Assembly (NCBI GenBank): GCA_964016885.1
Contig: CAXHJY010001252.1
Span: 6,574 to 70,573, forward strand
Length of the DNA stretch: 64,000 bases
Reading direction: 5' to 3'
Source of the DNA: Eledone cirrhosa
Taxonomy: Eukaryota
This document shows positions 14,449 through 30,449 of the stretch, piece after piece. Each line of letters starts with the position of its first letter. The stretch's first letter is position 1. Position numbers and translations under genes: made by a program. The notes below the pieces were generated by a model. The model made no database searches and was not told the DNA's origin. It saw nothing but the letters and a program-made list of their open reading frames with translations.

Positions 14449-14482
<34 letters not shown>

Positions 14483-15067
14483 CACCCTTTATATTACATA
14501 TATCAATGAGGTATTGTGTGTATATCCATGTATAAAGAAAGGTTCCCAACATTTCTACTGATAAATTTGGAAAGTTGAAAAGCTCACTCCCCAGTGATAT
14601 ACTAAGACACAATATAGTTTTGTCTGTTTGCTGTTCATTATGATTTCATCTATAAACCCATTAATATATACTAGCAGAAAAACCACCCCACGGGTGATTT
14701 TCTGTTGGCATGTGTAGTGTGTATATTGATATTATACACAAATATATATACATGTAGATATGATACATCAAATAACATCGTAATTGACAATATACAGAGA
14801 AATTGAACGAAGACTGTGTAACACTGTCTTATGTAATCAGTAACGTAATCCATGGTACATTAAAAAAAAGACGATATTATATATAAACTGCATTAGGAGA
14901 AAATTAGTGACGAAAATATATGAATGTTTATTTAAACGATCGCTAACCGGAAGTGTTGACATTTGAACATTTTAAAGAAGTGAATCTTTAAATAAACAAT
15001 AAAATATATTTAATCAACAGCTACGGAATTTATTAGATAAATTATGTAATATCCATTCATTATTTTG

Positions 15068-15398
15068 GATTGGCAGTATCGGTGGAGGGTCGGACGCCAT
15101 GCTTTCCAGTATAGATACGTCCTTTTACGATCTGAGTTCAAATCCCGCCGAGGTTGACTTTGCCTTTCATCCTTACGGAGTCGATAAAATAAAGTACCAG
15201 TCATGCACTGGGTATTTGCTGGCCTTGTGCCAAAAGTAGAAACAATTATTTATTAAAAGTAAATTTATTAAAAAGTTCAAATCCCGCCGAGGTTGACTTT
15301 GCCTTTCATCCTTACGGAGTCGATAAAATAAAGTACCAGTCATGCACTGGGTAATTGCTGGCCTTGTGCCAAAAGTAGAAACAATTATTTATTAAAAG
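15068..15398 (+). mobile_element. SINE family 1 tandem dimer (second copy starts at the B box)
   Basis: Near-full copy 15068-15250, then gttcaaatcccgccgagg... repeated at 15274-15390. Confidence 0.85.
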
Positions 15399-15888
15399 TA
15401 ATCCAACTTATTTTACAAACGGGATAACAAATCATATTCTGGACACAGTCCCGCACTCCTTACTTTATTATAGTTACATTTAATTAAATATACACTACAT
15501 CAAAAGAAACACTAGTTCTTTTGTAAATATTTCCTAAATAAGTATAAAAAATATTAGGAATTTTATTAGGATAATCAACACACCTTTAATGATATTTAAA
15601 TAAGGAACCATAAATTAACTAACACCGGTTAATAACGACATTTTCACATTAATATAGTTTTAACTTAACTATGTATAAAATCATGATAGACCTTTGTTTT
15701 TCGTAAAAGTTTTCTTTAAAAGTAATAAATATAAACAATATATTGATATGTATGAAAATACTTGATAAACACCGTAAAACTATTTAGATAAAGAACCTTA
15801 AATAAACTAGCACCGGTTAATAACGCTTTTTGAAATGGCGGCCGTTGAAAATATTTGAAATGCACCAAACCTATAGAAAAGCGTTACC

Positions 15889-16212
15889 TTTAGAGGTTGT
15901 ATTGTCAAGCCGTTCATCTCTAGATTTTCAGAGAAGGGCACAACTCTTCTACGTTTTACTGTCAAATATGCACATTTGGACTCAACAAATTTCATTCTGA
16001 TGCCTGCAGAAAATTTTGTAATGAGGTTCAATTGTTTTTTAATATAGTTGATATTTTTGCTCATACAACTTCAGGTCATCAACAAAGAAAAGATGGGAGA
16101 TACTTCTGGACCCACTTCTATGACCACTTTGTTTTGTGAGCAGGTATGATAGTGAGTTTAGTGAGAGGACTAAGAGCATCACGGATAAGCTATCACCCTG
16201 AAATATGCCTTT
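15889..16212 (-). pseudogene. Non-LTR retrotransposon RT fragment, R4/Dong-like
   Basis: Minus strand translates as GIFQGDSLSVMLLVLSLNSLSYLL...ISHLFFVDDLKLY, then after a frameshift FSAGIRMKFVESKCAYL. Confidence 0.75.
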
Positions 16213-16502
16213 ATGTATGTATGTGTGTATGTATTAATGTGTATATGTGTGTATGTATCTGTGTATATATGTGTGTATGTATGTGTGTATATGCGTGTAT
16301 GTATGTATGTGTATACATGTGTGTATGTATGAGTATATATGTGTGTATATGTGTGTATGTATGTGTATATATGTGTGTGTGTATATATGTATGCATGTAT
16401 GTATGTATCTGTATATGTGTGTGTGTATATATATGTAAGTATGCATGTGTATATATGTATGCATGTATGTACCTGTACAAGTGTGTATGTGTATATATAC
16501 AC

Positions 16503-16564
<62 letters not shown>

Positions 16565-16566
<2 letters not shown>

Positions 16567-17157
16567 TAGCAGTGGTACCCGGCGTTGAATGGGATAATGT
16601 AGTATGAAATATATAACCGCCTTAGCTAAGCTTAGTATTACCACAACCACGGCTGGCAAAGAAATAAGGGTCTGGTGGTACGTAAGTAAGCAACACTGTG
16701 GCTTAAAACGTGAGGAAGAAGTTGTGTGCACTTACCAAATGTTTGGGGAATAAGTGTGAGATTTGTCTTGAGCAAGGGTGACGGAATAGCCGGAGGCAGC
16801 AGACAGCCAGACATACAGACAGATATTATAAGGGCGCATTCTGTAAGCAGAGCAAATTGTAGGAAGTGACGTAAGGCAGACAGCCAGACATACAGACAGA
16901 TATTATAAGGGCGTGACATTATATGTATGTATCTATCTAAAAAGAGAAAGACTAAGAATTATAGAGAGAGATCGCTAAATAGCCTAATGCGGTCTCTAGG
17001 GCATTGAAAATTTGAAATTCTTTTGCTCAGAACACTCCCTGAAATATAAGTATTACATGTGTAAAGTTTCAAAACAGTCGGTTGGGTGCTTCTCTAGCTT
17101 TAGGGATTCAAACTCTCACACACACACACCGACAGACATACTCAGTTTTATATATAA
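16565..17157 (+). mobile_element. Non-autonomous Helitron-like element (Lep1/HINE-type termini)
   Basis: 5' ACTAGcagtggtacccggcgttg; 3' region aagtttcaaaacagtcggttg...cagacatactcagttttatatata. Confidence 0.55.
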
Positions 17158-17820
17158 CTAGCAGTAAAGCCCGGCGTTGCTCGGGGTCGCTCAGTAGCTG
17201 TGTTAAAGTTACAATGTTAAGTTTCTTTTTTGGCTTAAAGTCTGTCTGCACGACTGTCTGTCTGCACGCCTAACGAAATTTACAGATACATATATTTTAA
17301 ATAAACTTATATAATTTTTGCCTTTTTTTACGAAATATTTGCTTGTTTTACGTAGTCTTTAAATAGACTTGTTTTCAAGTAAAAATATTGTTTTAAAAGG
17401 CTTTTAAATGGAAATGAAGCAAAACGGAAACTTAGTGTTCGAACTGATGAATTTTGCATGTCAAAATTTTGCTGGCTCGACAACTGTTCGTGTATTGTGT
17501 TAATGTCATTTTAAACGCTGAGAAAGCCAGCGTAATTTTTTTAATTTTTGCACGCAGAAAATGTAAACAGAACGTAAGACGCTCAATGTAAACAGAACAA
17601 AGGGAAATAACTCGTCACTTACGCTCAAAAAGCGATACATTAGATTCGATTTCGTCACATAGGGTGGGTCAATTTGAAATATTTTTTTTCCGATGTCTTC
17701 GCTAGGGCTCAATGTACAAGTATAGCAATTTCGGTGCAATTCCGTCAGAGATCCTAAGAGGAGATGTGTGCCAAAAATCGATAGACAGACAGACAGACAA
17801 CCACAGCTTTATATATATAG
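17158..17820 (+). mobile_element. Second Helitron-like element directly abutting the first
   Basis: 5' ACTAGcagtaaagcccggcgttgctcggg hairpin; 3' (gaca)n...agctttatatatatag. Confidence 0.6.
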
Positions 17821-17834
17821 ATGATATATATGTA

Positions 17835-18790
17835 TGGAAAAGAATGAAACGAAATTTCATTTCTCACTCTTAGATTTCTCACTCTTAGTACGGCTGATAC
17901 TTAAATATAAGTATGTATACGTCCATACATATATGTATACAGACGTACAGTAGTATGTATATATATATATATACATACAAGCACATATATATATATATGT
18001 ACGTATGGGGTTACCGAACATTTATTATAATGTTCGGTTTGTTTGTCAACAAACAGCCCGAATTACGCCGTACAGTGTTCGGCAACCATCGTGGCCTTTT
18101 TGTTCAACACTGACACAGGAACGATGTACCAGTTTCAAGCTTATTAGCTATCGTCAGCATCGTATACCTTCCTGTCAGATGATTGAACGTTTGAAAGTAT
18201 ATACTTTCCTTATGCATATTAACGGCTGAGCAGCCTAATTTGCATATCGAGTGAGTTATTCGCCGGGCGTACCGAAAACGATAAATGGAAAAGAATGAAA
18301 CGAAATTTCATTTCTCACTCTTAGTACGGCTGATACTTAAATGTAAGTATGTATACTTACATACATATATGTATACAGACACACAGTAGTATGTATATAT
18401 ATACATACATGCACACATATATATATGTACGTATGGGTTACCGAACATTTATTATAATAACTCACTCGATATGCAAATTAGGCTGCTCAGCCGTTAATAT
18501 GCATAAGGAAAGTATATACTTTCAAACGTTCAATCATCTGACAAGAAGGTATACAATGCTGACGATAGCTAATAAGCTTGAAACTAGTACATCGTTCCTG
18601 TGTCAGTGTTGAACAAAAAGGCGACGATGGTTGCCGAACACTGTACGGCGTAATTCGGGCGGTTTGTTTACAAACCGAACATTATAATAAATGTTCGGTA
18701 AACCCATACGTACATATGTGTGTGCATGTATGTATATAATATACATACTACTGTACGTCTGTATACATATATGTATGTACGTATACATAC
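17835..18790. mobile_element. Retrozyme-like family R: ~450-bp monomer, partial second monomer and inverted copy, with hammerheads at 18121-18163 (-) and 18553-18595 (+)
   Basis: acgatg-CTGACGA-tagctaataagctt-GAAAC-tg/ta-GTA-catcgt; unit start repeats at 17835 and 18286; inversion point ~18460. Confidence 0.8.
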
Positions 18791-18879
18791 TGATATATAT
18801 GTATATGTGTTTATAATCAACGTTGATATTTTTTCTTTGTCAGAAATGAACAATCAAAAAGTCATAAATTTACTATTTC

Positions 18880-19612
18880 TTCACTACCACCACACACAAC
18901 TACCACACACCACTACCCCACTACCACACCACCACACCACCACACACCACTACCACGCCACCACACATCACTACCACACCACCACACCACCACACACCAC
19001 TACCACACCACCACACACCACTACCACACCACCACACACCACCACACACCACTACCACACCACCACACACCACTACCACACCACCACACACCACTACCAC
19101 ACCACCACACACCACTACCACACCACCACTACCACCACACACCACTACCACACCACCACACACCACTACCACACCACCACACACCACTACCACACCACCA
19201 CACACCACTACCACACCACCACACCACCACTACCACACCACCACACCACCACACCACCACTACCACACCACCACACACCACTACCACACCACCACACCAC
19301 TACCACACCACCACACCACTACCACACCACCACACACCACTACCACACCACCACACACCACCACCACACCACTACCACACCACCACACACCACTGCCACA
19401 CCTACTCCACACCACCACCGCCACTACCATCACCACCAACACAACCACCCTTTCTACCACCGTCCCTACCACCCCTACCACCACTACCACACCTACTACC
19501 ACCACCGCACCTACCGTCACCACCAACACCCCTGCTACCACTACTACCCCCACCACTACTACCCAGCCCACCACCCTTACCACCACAACTACCCCCCTCC
19601 CGCTACCACCCC
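18880..19612. repeat. CAC-rich low-complexity array (caccactaccacaccaccaca)
   Basis: Direct inspection. Confidence 0.9.
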
Positions 19613-20140
19613 TGTGTTTGTGTCCAATAAAACATGTGATTAGTTGTTTGTGTTCGATCACACAGGAATGTCCCTGACCGGAAATTGGTTCTCACTGTTC
19701 AATACTGATCTATAGGATTGTGGGTGTTTGTTGACTGATGACGTCACCCATACTATCAACGAGGTGGTTGTGGTGGTGGTGACTGTAACGTGGGTGTGGA
19801 TTTAAGGTAGTGGTGACGGTGGTGGTAGTGGGGGGGGGGTCAGGCTCGTGGTGGCGGCAGTAGTCATGGTGTTGGTGGGAGTGGTAGTGGTCATGGTGGT
19901 GGGGGTGCTGGTGGTGGGGGGGATTAAGGCGATTCCGATTTATCCACCCACTTCCGCCGATACGAATATCCAATATTGCCGCATGCGTGAGACTGGCTTC
20001 CGGTGAGGGATTATGTCACAACAACAGAGAAATATTTGTTGTTGCAGCTTCTCAGCTCGCATATACATACACATACACACATACACATATACATATATAT
20101 ATATACATGTATATACACATATGCACACATACATATATAC

Positions 20141-20175
<35 letters not shown>

Positions 20176-20212
20176 CATATATATACACACTTGCACACAT
20201 ACATATATACAC

Positions 20213-20250
<38 letters not shown>

Positions 20251-20282
20251 ATACACATATGCACACATACATATATACATAT

Positions 20283-20335
<53 letters not shown>

Positions 20336-20488
20336 TACACACACTTGCACATATACATATATACACATATACATATATATATATATATATACATGTATAT
20401 ACACATATGCACACATACATATATACATACATATATATATATATATATACATATATATACATACTTGCACATATACATATATACACAT

Positions 20489-20519
<31 letters not shown>

Positions 20520-20924
20520 CATATATATACATACTTGCACATATACATATATACACATATACACATATACATACATATATATATACATATATATACACAC
20601 ATGCACACATACATATATGCATACATACATATATATGCACACATACATTCATACTTATATATGCATTCACACATACATACATACATATATACATACATGC
20701 ACATATACATACATATATATATACACACACACATACATACATGCATACATACATTCACATATACATACATATATACATGCATACATATATATCTATTCAT
20801 TAACTGTGGAGATATAAAAGATATAGAAGCGAAAACCCACCAAACAGTGGGTGTGTTCTGTTATTATTTCAGGCAATATTACAACAATATGACCCTCCCC
20901 AAGTATAACAATATATATATATAT

Positions 20925-21560
20925 CAACTCCTCTGCCTCCTTCGCTGTATTTGTCACCAAAACTATGTCGTCGCCAAATTCAACATCTGATACCTTTTTC
21001 CCCTTAACTCTCCTGCTCTGAGCCAGTGTTACAGTAAAGCCAGAGTCCTGGTGTTTCTCCATCGCAAGACGCATACAATAGTCCACTACGATGATAAAAA
21101 GGTGGGGAGCCAAAGTATCTCCCTGGAGCACTCCAGCCAGTATCACAAAGAACTCTGTCATCCCATCAGGTGTAATAACTTGGGCTTTGGTGTTGGTGTA
21201 GAGCAGTGATATCAGGTCCACTATCTTCTTGGGGATTCCATAAGCCTGTAAGATCTTCATCAGGCAGTGACGGTCCACAGAATCAAAGGCCTTCCTAAAG
21301 TCAATGAAAACCATGACCGCAGGAAGGCACTTTGCTCTAGCTCCCTCTAGTATCCTCCTCAGCATCAGGATGTGACTGGTGGTTGATCTTCCCTATGGGA
21401 GCCCTTGCATGGACACACTGGAAGAGGAAGACAAGGGTTAACGTATGTTGATGCCCTAAGGACAGACACTGGTCTCTTGGAGACGCAGGACATGGCAGCG
21501 ATAATGAGGGACAGAGACCGCTGGAGAGAACTCGTCCATGGATCTCGGGAATTTTACCCG

Positions 21561-21563
<3 letters not shown>
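20925..21563. pseudogene. RTE-clade LINE insertion: inverted RT segment (20925-21392, -) joined to the direct 3' end (21392-21563, +)
   Basis: GRSTTSHILMLRRILE...FIDFRKAFDSV...GVLQGDTLAP...FGDDIVL on minus; [19 protein letters not shown]...MRDRDRWR on plus; (TA)n on both sides. Confidence 0.9.
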
Positions 21564-21590
<27 letters not shown>

Positions 21591-21595
<5 letters not shown>

Positions 21596-22090
21596 AAAGA
21601 ATAGAGGTGTAACACACAAGTTATTATATATTGGTAAACGGAATAGAAAATGCTGACAAATTGTTCACAGTTGAAAAATGGTTTAATTAGGAATAAAAGA
21701 GTATTAGTGATTGTATGGGTTAGTATTCAGTTGTGGTTTTAAGTTTTTAAGTTTTGACCGGTTGCGCATTTCTAAATGCTTTTCAAAAATAATTTTGAGA
21801 TAGAGTGTCCGTGCTGTTTGCTCTGATCTGATTAGTTTTGGGAATTCTACCTGTTTTTATGTTAAAAAAGTGGCTCCAATTTGCAAAAATTCTTGTGGTC
21901 AAAACAATTTTGATTGGTCGGTAGAGGTCATGTGAATGTAAAAAATTGATTTTGCGCCAAGACTATTTTTATGTTAAAAAAGTGGCTCCAGCAAAAATTC
22001 TTGTGGTCAAAACAATTTTGATTGGTCGGTAGAGGTCATGTGAATAAAAAATTGGTTTTGCGCCAAGATTGAGAAATGACTCTTTCACAA
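21591..22090. mobile_element. Short dispersed repeat (homolog inverted at 42035-42248) with a ~110-bp tandem duplication
   Basis: gttgcgcatttcta...gcttttcaaaaataattttgagatagag shared; atgttaaaaaagtggctcc...ttttgcgccaaga occurs twice. Confidence 0.65.
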
Positions 22091-22093
22091 CAA

Positions 22094-22154
<61 letters not shown>

Positions 22155-22363
22155 AGTCTCTTTGTATGTTGATGTACGCGTGTGTATGTGTGTGTGTATA
22201 TATGTGTGTGTGTGTGGACCAGTATTTTTTTCCCCCTGGTAAAATGGTGTACATTATTCGATTTTTTCAGTAAAATCCGTTCTTTTAATAGAACATCAAA
22301 AATCTTAACAAAAAAAGGTGTGAAATGATATTCACTATATATATATATACACATACATATATC

Positions 22364-22458
<95 letters not shown>

Positions 22459-22597
22459 TACATATATATATGCACATATATTTTTTGTGTTGCACCATAG
22501 AGCATGTGTGTTTACGTATGTCATTGTGTTTATATGTGGGTAGAGATGTGTGCTGATGTAGGTATGTATGTTGACGTGTGTATGTTGTGGGTTCGTT

Positions 22598-22975
22598 TTA
22601 GGGAGAAGTGTTTAGACGGGGTCCGTATTTGTTAATGAAGTAAGATTCCTTGCTGATGCGCTGGGTGTGGGTGGCATTATCTTTAAATTTGTAGAGGGGA
22701 AAGATTCTGAAGTTGGGATGATTTTGGGCGGCACAGGTATCAATGTGTTCACTCAGTGGTATTTTCCTGTATTCCCGTATTTTGATTTGGGATCTATGGA
22801 CAGTCATGCGTTGGCGGAGGCTGTTTTTGGTCTGGCCTATGTATTGTTCTCGACAACCTGAACAAGTTAATACATATATTAGATTTTCCGATGCACATGT
22901 GAAATTGTGTTTTACTATAAAACGTTGTCCATCTTTGAAATAGAATTCCGAACCCTCTATTAGGTTGATGCACCA
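22598..22975 (-). pseudogene. Penelope-like element GIY-YIG endonuclease, 5'-truncated
   Basis: FTCASENLIYVLTCSGCREQYIGQTKNSLRQRMTVH...ESYFINKYGPRLN*. Confidence 0.9.
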
Positions 22976-23497
22976 ATATATATATATATATATATAGTAA
23001 TAAATATGAACACCAAAACCCGATGAGGGCTTGATATATATATATGATTTCTAATTTTCAATCTTCATTTCCACTGTGAAACTATAATATTTGGAATTAA
23101 GTTTATATTCTCTTAGCGGGTGATGGTCAATTCTATTGTCCAAGCATAGATTAGGGGTAGTATTGAGGCCTGTTGAACCTCATACTCTGACACCACCACT
23201 AGGTTTCAGTGAACGGCCACTGGCAGGGCGACTAGCAGTAAACTATAACCGTGTCATATTACTGGCCTGGATGGGGGTGATTGTTTGGTTGAGGATGGGG
23301 GTCCTGCCTAGGCTAGTTTCGTTGAGTTTTGGGGTAGTGGATGGATAACTTCCTTCGCATTTGCGCCTGCGCAAATCTGTGGAGGTGAATTGGGGCTCAC
23401 AAGGGAACGGGCGAAGGACTCAAGAACACGCGCTATGTCCGTTCCCTTGTCGTTTTACTTTGGATTGCCTCGGGAACGTAACCTTATTATGTAAGAA

Positions 23498-23570
23498 GCT
23501 GTCTGATGATGTCACGACACTGGGTACACGGAATCGTGTGGCCAGTGTAGTCATTGAAATATGTATCAGC
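23498..23570 (+). ncRNA. Degenerate hammerhead motif with a long stem II
   Basis: gctgt-CTGATGA...acactgg..cacg gaat cgtg..ccagtgt...GAAA-tatgtatcagc; stem I imperfect. Confidence 0.5.
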
Positions 23571-23622
23571 ATTATCAACAAAGGACTTTAACATCTGAGA
23601 CTATTTCGCATTTGTTTATTCA

Positions 23623-23655
<33 letters not shown>

Positions 23656-23819
23656 TATAATATATATATATATAATATATATATATATAATATATATAAT
23701 ATATATATATATAATATATATATATATAATATATATATATAATATATATATATAATATATATATATATAATATATATATATAAATAATATATATATATAA
23801 TATATATATATATAATAAA

Positions 23820-23933
23820 TTGAAACAAAATGAAAACGAAATTTCATTTCTCACTCTTAGTATGGCACTTACTTAAATGTAAGTATGCATGTATACGTAC
23901 ATACATATATGTATACAGACGTACAGTAGCATG

Positions 23934-23981
<48 letters not shown>

Positions 23982-24129
23982 TACATATGCATACAGGTAC
24001 ACATACATATATGCACGTATCAGTTTAGCGGCGCTAACGTCGCTTTGTTCGTTTGTAAACAAACTGAACAGCCTGAATTTATGCCATACGGTGTTAAGGC
24101 AACCACGTCACCTTTTTGTTCAACACTGA
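23820..24129. mobile_element. Partial family R copy
   Basis: aaatgaaaacgaaatttcatttctcactcttagtatggcac...gttcaacactga matches the reverse complement of 44110-44430. Confidence 0.8.
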
Positions 24130-26251
<2,122 letters not shown>

Positions 26252-26252
<1 letters not shown>

Positions 26253-27590
26253 GTAGGAGGTGAGTTTTATTGTAGTACAATAAAGCAATGCAGATATCGG
26301 ATAAGAAGCACTCTACAGTTTGTAGGACTGGAGTATACATAATATAAGATGTACAGATTTGTTTTCTATCTGCCTGCATAAATTCCATAGGACTTTTCAC
26401 AAAGCATACAGTTAATATTCAATTCTTTATCAATTCAGAATCTTTTCTCAAAGGCACATATACATACACCTCTTTAAAATATACCCATCTTCCTACCTTT
26501 CTTTAAAGGGCATTATACACTCTATAATACTTGTTTACTCATTCCCCTCACTCTATCTTCACCTTGTAAAATCCTTCATAACATATACATTTGTTTTTTT
26601 GACGTTAGAATATTCATCCGCAATCATTATTATTTTTTCTCTCTATCATAAATCTTTTTAATCTCAATTTCATCCTTAATTTATTATTTTTTTCTCCCCC
26701 ATCAACGAACTCATTCTTAATACATATTAACTCTTTATTCGCATATATTATCAATTCCTTCAATATACAAACTTTAACTTCACATTATTTTTCTCAAATC
26801 CTTCTACACACAAACCTTAATAATTTTTCTCTTCGTTAATTTTGAAATTGCCACAATACTTATCAACATACACTTTTTTTGACGTTAGAATATTCATCTA
26901 CAATTATTATTTTTTCTCTCTATCTTCATACATAAATTCCCTTCGTTAATTTTCAAATTCCTTTAATTTATACATTATCTTCCAACGGTTCTCAACCTCT
27001 CTATGTAAAACAATATATCTTTTTCTCAGTTATAAAAACTTTCTCTTTCTCTCTATCACCCATCTCTCCCTCTCCACCTTCACTCTCATCTCCTCCCCCT
27101 TTTTTCATCTTTTTCACCCCCCCCTCCCTAAATAAAATATGTTTCCTCGCACATATCCTCCCTACGTTAATTTTCAAATTTATTTTATTTATACATTATC
27201 TTCCAACGGTTTTCAACCTCTCTATGTAAAACAATATATCTCCTCTCAGTTATAAAAACTATCTCTTTCTCTCTATCACCCATCTCTCCCTCTCATCTCC
27301 TCCCCTTTTTCATCCTTTCCACCCCCCCTCTCATCTCCTCCCCTTTTTCATCCTTTCCAACCCCCTCTCTAAATAAAATATTTTTCCCAATATCACACAT
27401 CAATCTAAAACCACTTTTCATATGTTGATTTAAAACTGCACTATCCACAAGTGTTTTTTAGCCTTCATATCATGTTCTCCTGTTTTATCTGATGAAAACA
27501 CAAATATTATTGCATGATGATGTTTGTTTTTGAAATGCGCATAATAAAATACATGGAACTCCTTTAACCATCTTTTGATCTTATATTATA
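26252..27590 (+). mobile_element. Penelope-like 3' region: inverted tail (26252-26350), possible ORF C-terminus, ~1-kb UTR and hammerhead (27483-27549)
   Basis: TDLFSICLHKFHRTFHKAYS* resembles the GIY-YIG C-terminus at 36649-36720; ttttat-CTGATGA-aaaca...tgttttt-GAAA-tgcgc-ATA-ataaaa; tail is the reverse complement of 52585-52680. Confidence 0.7.
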
Positions 27591-27599
27591 TTATATATA

Positions 27600-27662
<63 letters not shown>

Positions 27663-27668
<6 letters not shown>

Positions 27669-28447
27669 GGAAAGTTATATTTAAATTGTTGGGTTAACAA
27701 CGAGTAAATATTTATAACTGATATAAAAGCACTCAACAAGTATTTGGAGTATATTTATGATATTAAATAAATGGAAACTATATTTATAAAACCATATTTA
27801 TTTCGTTATATATATTTCAGGGATATCATATTAATAATATGTTATGCCTTCTTCAGACAAAATACAATATAAACAGTCTTATAAATAAATAGATACGACA
27901 TACCTTTCAATCACCTTGCATTTGGGAGGTTGATTTGGCAGTAAAAAATATTGTGGACAGTTGTAAAAAGAAAGAGAGAAAGAAAGAAAGAGAAACGAAG
28001 AAAAAGAAGAAATGCATGTGACTAAATAGAGAGATATAGAAAGATAGATAAAGAGAAGAACTTCATGTAAAGAAACAGAGAGAAATATATAGAGAGAGAG
28101 GAAAAAAGAAAGAGATAGATAGAGATAGATAGAGAAACTAGGAAGTTGAGTATCGGTTGATACATTTATTTATTTATTTATTTATTTATTTAGCTCTAGT
28201 ATTAATGTAAAGAGAGATGTATGTAGTTAAGAGAGAAAATAGCCGTTATATAGAGAGAAAAAAGAGAAAATGAAAAATAACCAGACATAAACGAGGCAGA
28301 ATTTAAAAACGCCATGTTTCATCCTGTAGAAAATATTAGTTCGTATAAAACAGGCATTATAATGTAAATAACATTATACATATATTGTATTTTATATAAC
28401 GAAATAAATATGGTTTTATAATATAGTTTCCATTTATTTAATATCAT
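27663..28447 (-). mobile_element. pLTR-like element with hammerhead (27799-27864, -) and an inverted partial terminal copy at 28381-28447
   Basis: tattttgt-CTGAAGA-agg...cct-GAAA-tatat-ATA-acgaaata; the inverted copy lacks the ribozyme core. Confidence 0.7.
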
Positions 28448-28457
28448 ATATATATAT

Positions 28458-28489
<32 letters not shown>

Positions 28490-28612
28490 ATATATTATAT
28501 ATATATATATATATTATATTATATATATATTATATATATATATATATTATATATATATATTATATATATATATTATATATATATGTATATATATATATAT
28601 ATTATATATATA

Positions 28613-28644
<32 letters not shown>

Positions 28645-28696
28645 TATAAAATATATATATATATATATATATTATAAAATATATATATATTATATA

Positions 28697-28739
<43 letters not shown>

Positions 28740-28740
28740 A

Positions 28741-28772
<32 letters not shown>

Positions 28773-28783
28773 TATATTATATA

Positions 28784-28882
<99 letters not shown>

Positions 28883-29000
28883 ATATTATATATATATATT
28901 ATATATATTATATATATATATATTATATATATATTATATATATATATATTATATATATATGTATTATATATATATGTATTATATATATATATATATGTAT

Positions 29001-29032
<32 letters not shown>

Positions 29033-29394
29033 ATATTATATATATATATTATATATATATATGTATTATATATATATATATATTATATATATATATATAT
29101 TATATATATATATTATATATATATATATATTATATATATTATATATATATATATTATATATATATATATTATATATATATATATATTATATATATATATT
29201 ATATATATATGTATTATATATATATATATTATATATATATATGTATTATATATATATATATATTATATATATATTATATATATATATATATTATATATAT
29301 ATATTATATATATATATATATTATATATATATATATATTATATATATATATATATTATATATATTATATATATATATATATTATATATATATAT

Positions 29395-29426
<32 letters not shown>

Positions 29427-29432
29427 ATATAT

Positions 29433-29475
<43 letters not shown>

Positions 29476-29597
29476 ATATATATTATATATTATATATATA
29501 TATATATATTATATATATATATATATATTATATATTATATATATATATATATTATATATATTATATATTATATATATATATATATATTATATATATA

Positions 29598-29639
<42 letters not shown>

Positions 29640-29739
29640 CATATATTATATATATATATATATATATAAAATATATATATATATTATATATATATATATA
29701 TTATATATATTATATATATATATATATATTATATATATA

Positions 29740-29826
<87 letters not shown>

Positions 29827-29919
29827 ATATTATATATTATATATATATATATATATTATATATATATATATTATATATTATATATATATATATATATTAT
29901 ATATATATATATTATATAT

Positions 29920-29951
<32 letters not shown>

Positions 29952-30007
29952 ATATTATATATATATATATTATATATTATATATATATATATTATATATA
30001 TATATAT

Positions 30008-30039
<32 letters not shown>

Positions 30040-30143
30040 ATATATTATATATATATATATATTATATATATATATATATTATATATATATATATATTATA
30101 TATATATATATATTATATATTATATATATATATATATATTATA

Positions 30144-30337
30144 TAGGAACCAGTAAGACCCCGACAGCTGAGCTCAAGCCGTTTCGACGGCTAATTCTGG
30201 ACCAGAATTAGCCGTCGAAACGGCTTGAGCTCAGCTGTCGGGTCTTACTGGTTCCTATTACCCAGTCTACTACCTCAAGTATTGAGTACATTGGTGCGTT
30301 ATGGTCCACCTGGTTCCTTACCACATTTCCTTCGTTA
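30144..30337 (+). mobile_element. Hairpin-plus-tail family H (perfect ~115-bp palindrome)
   Basis: taggaaccagtaagaccccgacagc...ctgg-a-ccag...gctgtcggggtcttactggttccta then the attgagtac tail. Confidence 0.85.
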
Positions 30338-30375
30338 TATATTATATATATATATATATATATTATATATTATAT

Positions 30376-30449
<74 letters not shown>

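Noticed and set aside
17444-17475. CTGATGA followed by a hairpin, as a hammerhead
   Set aside because: No GAAA after the stem and no stem I/III
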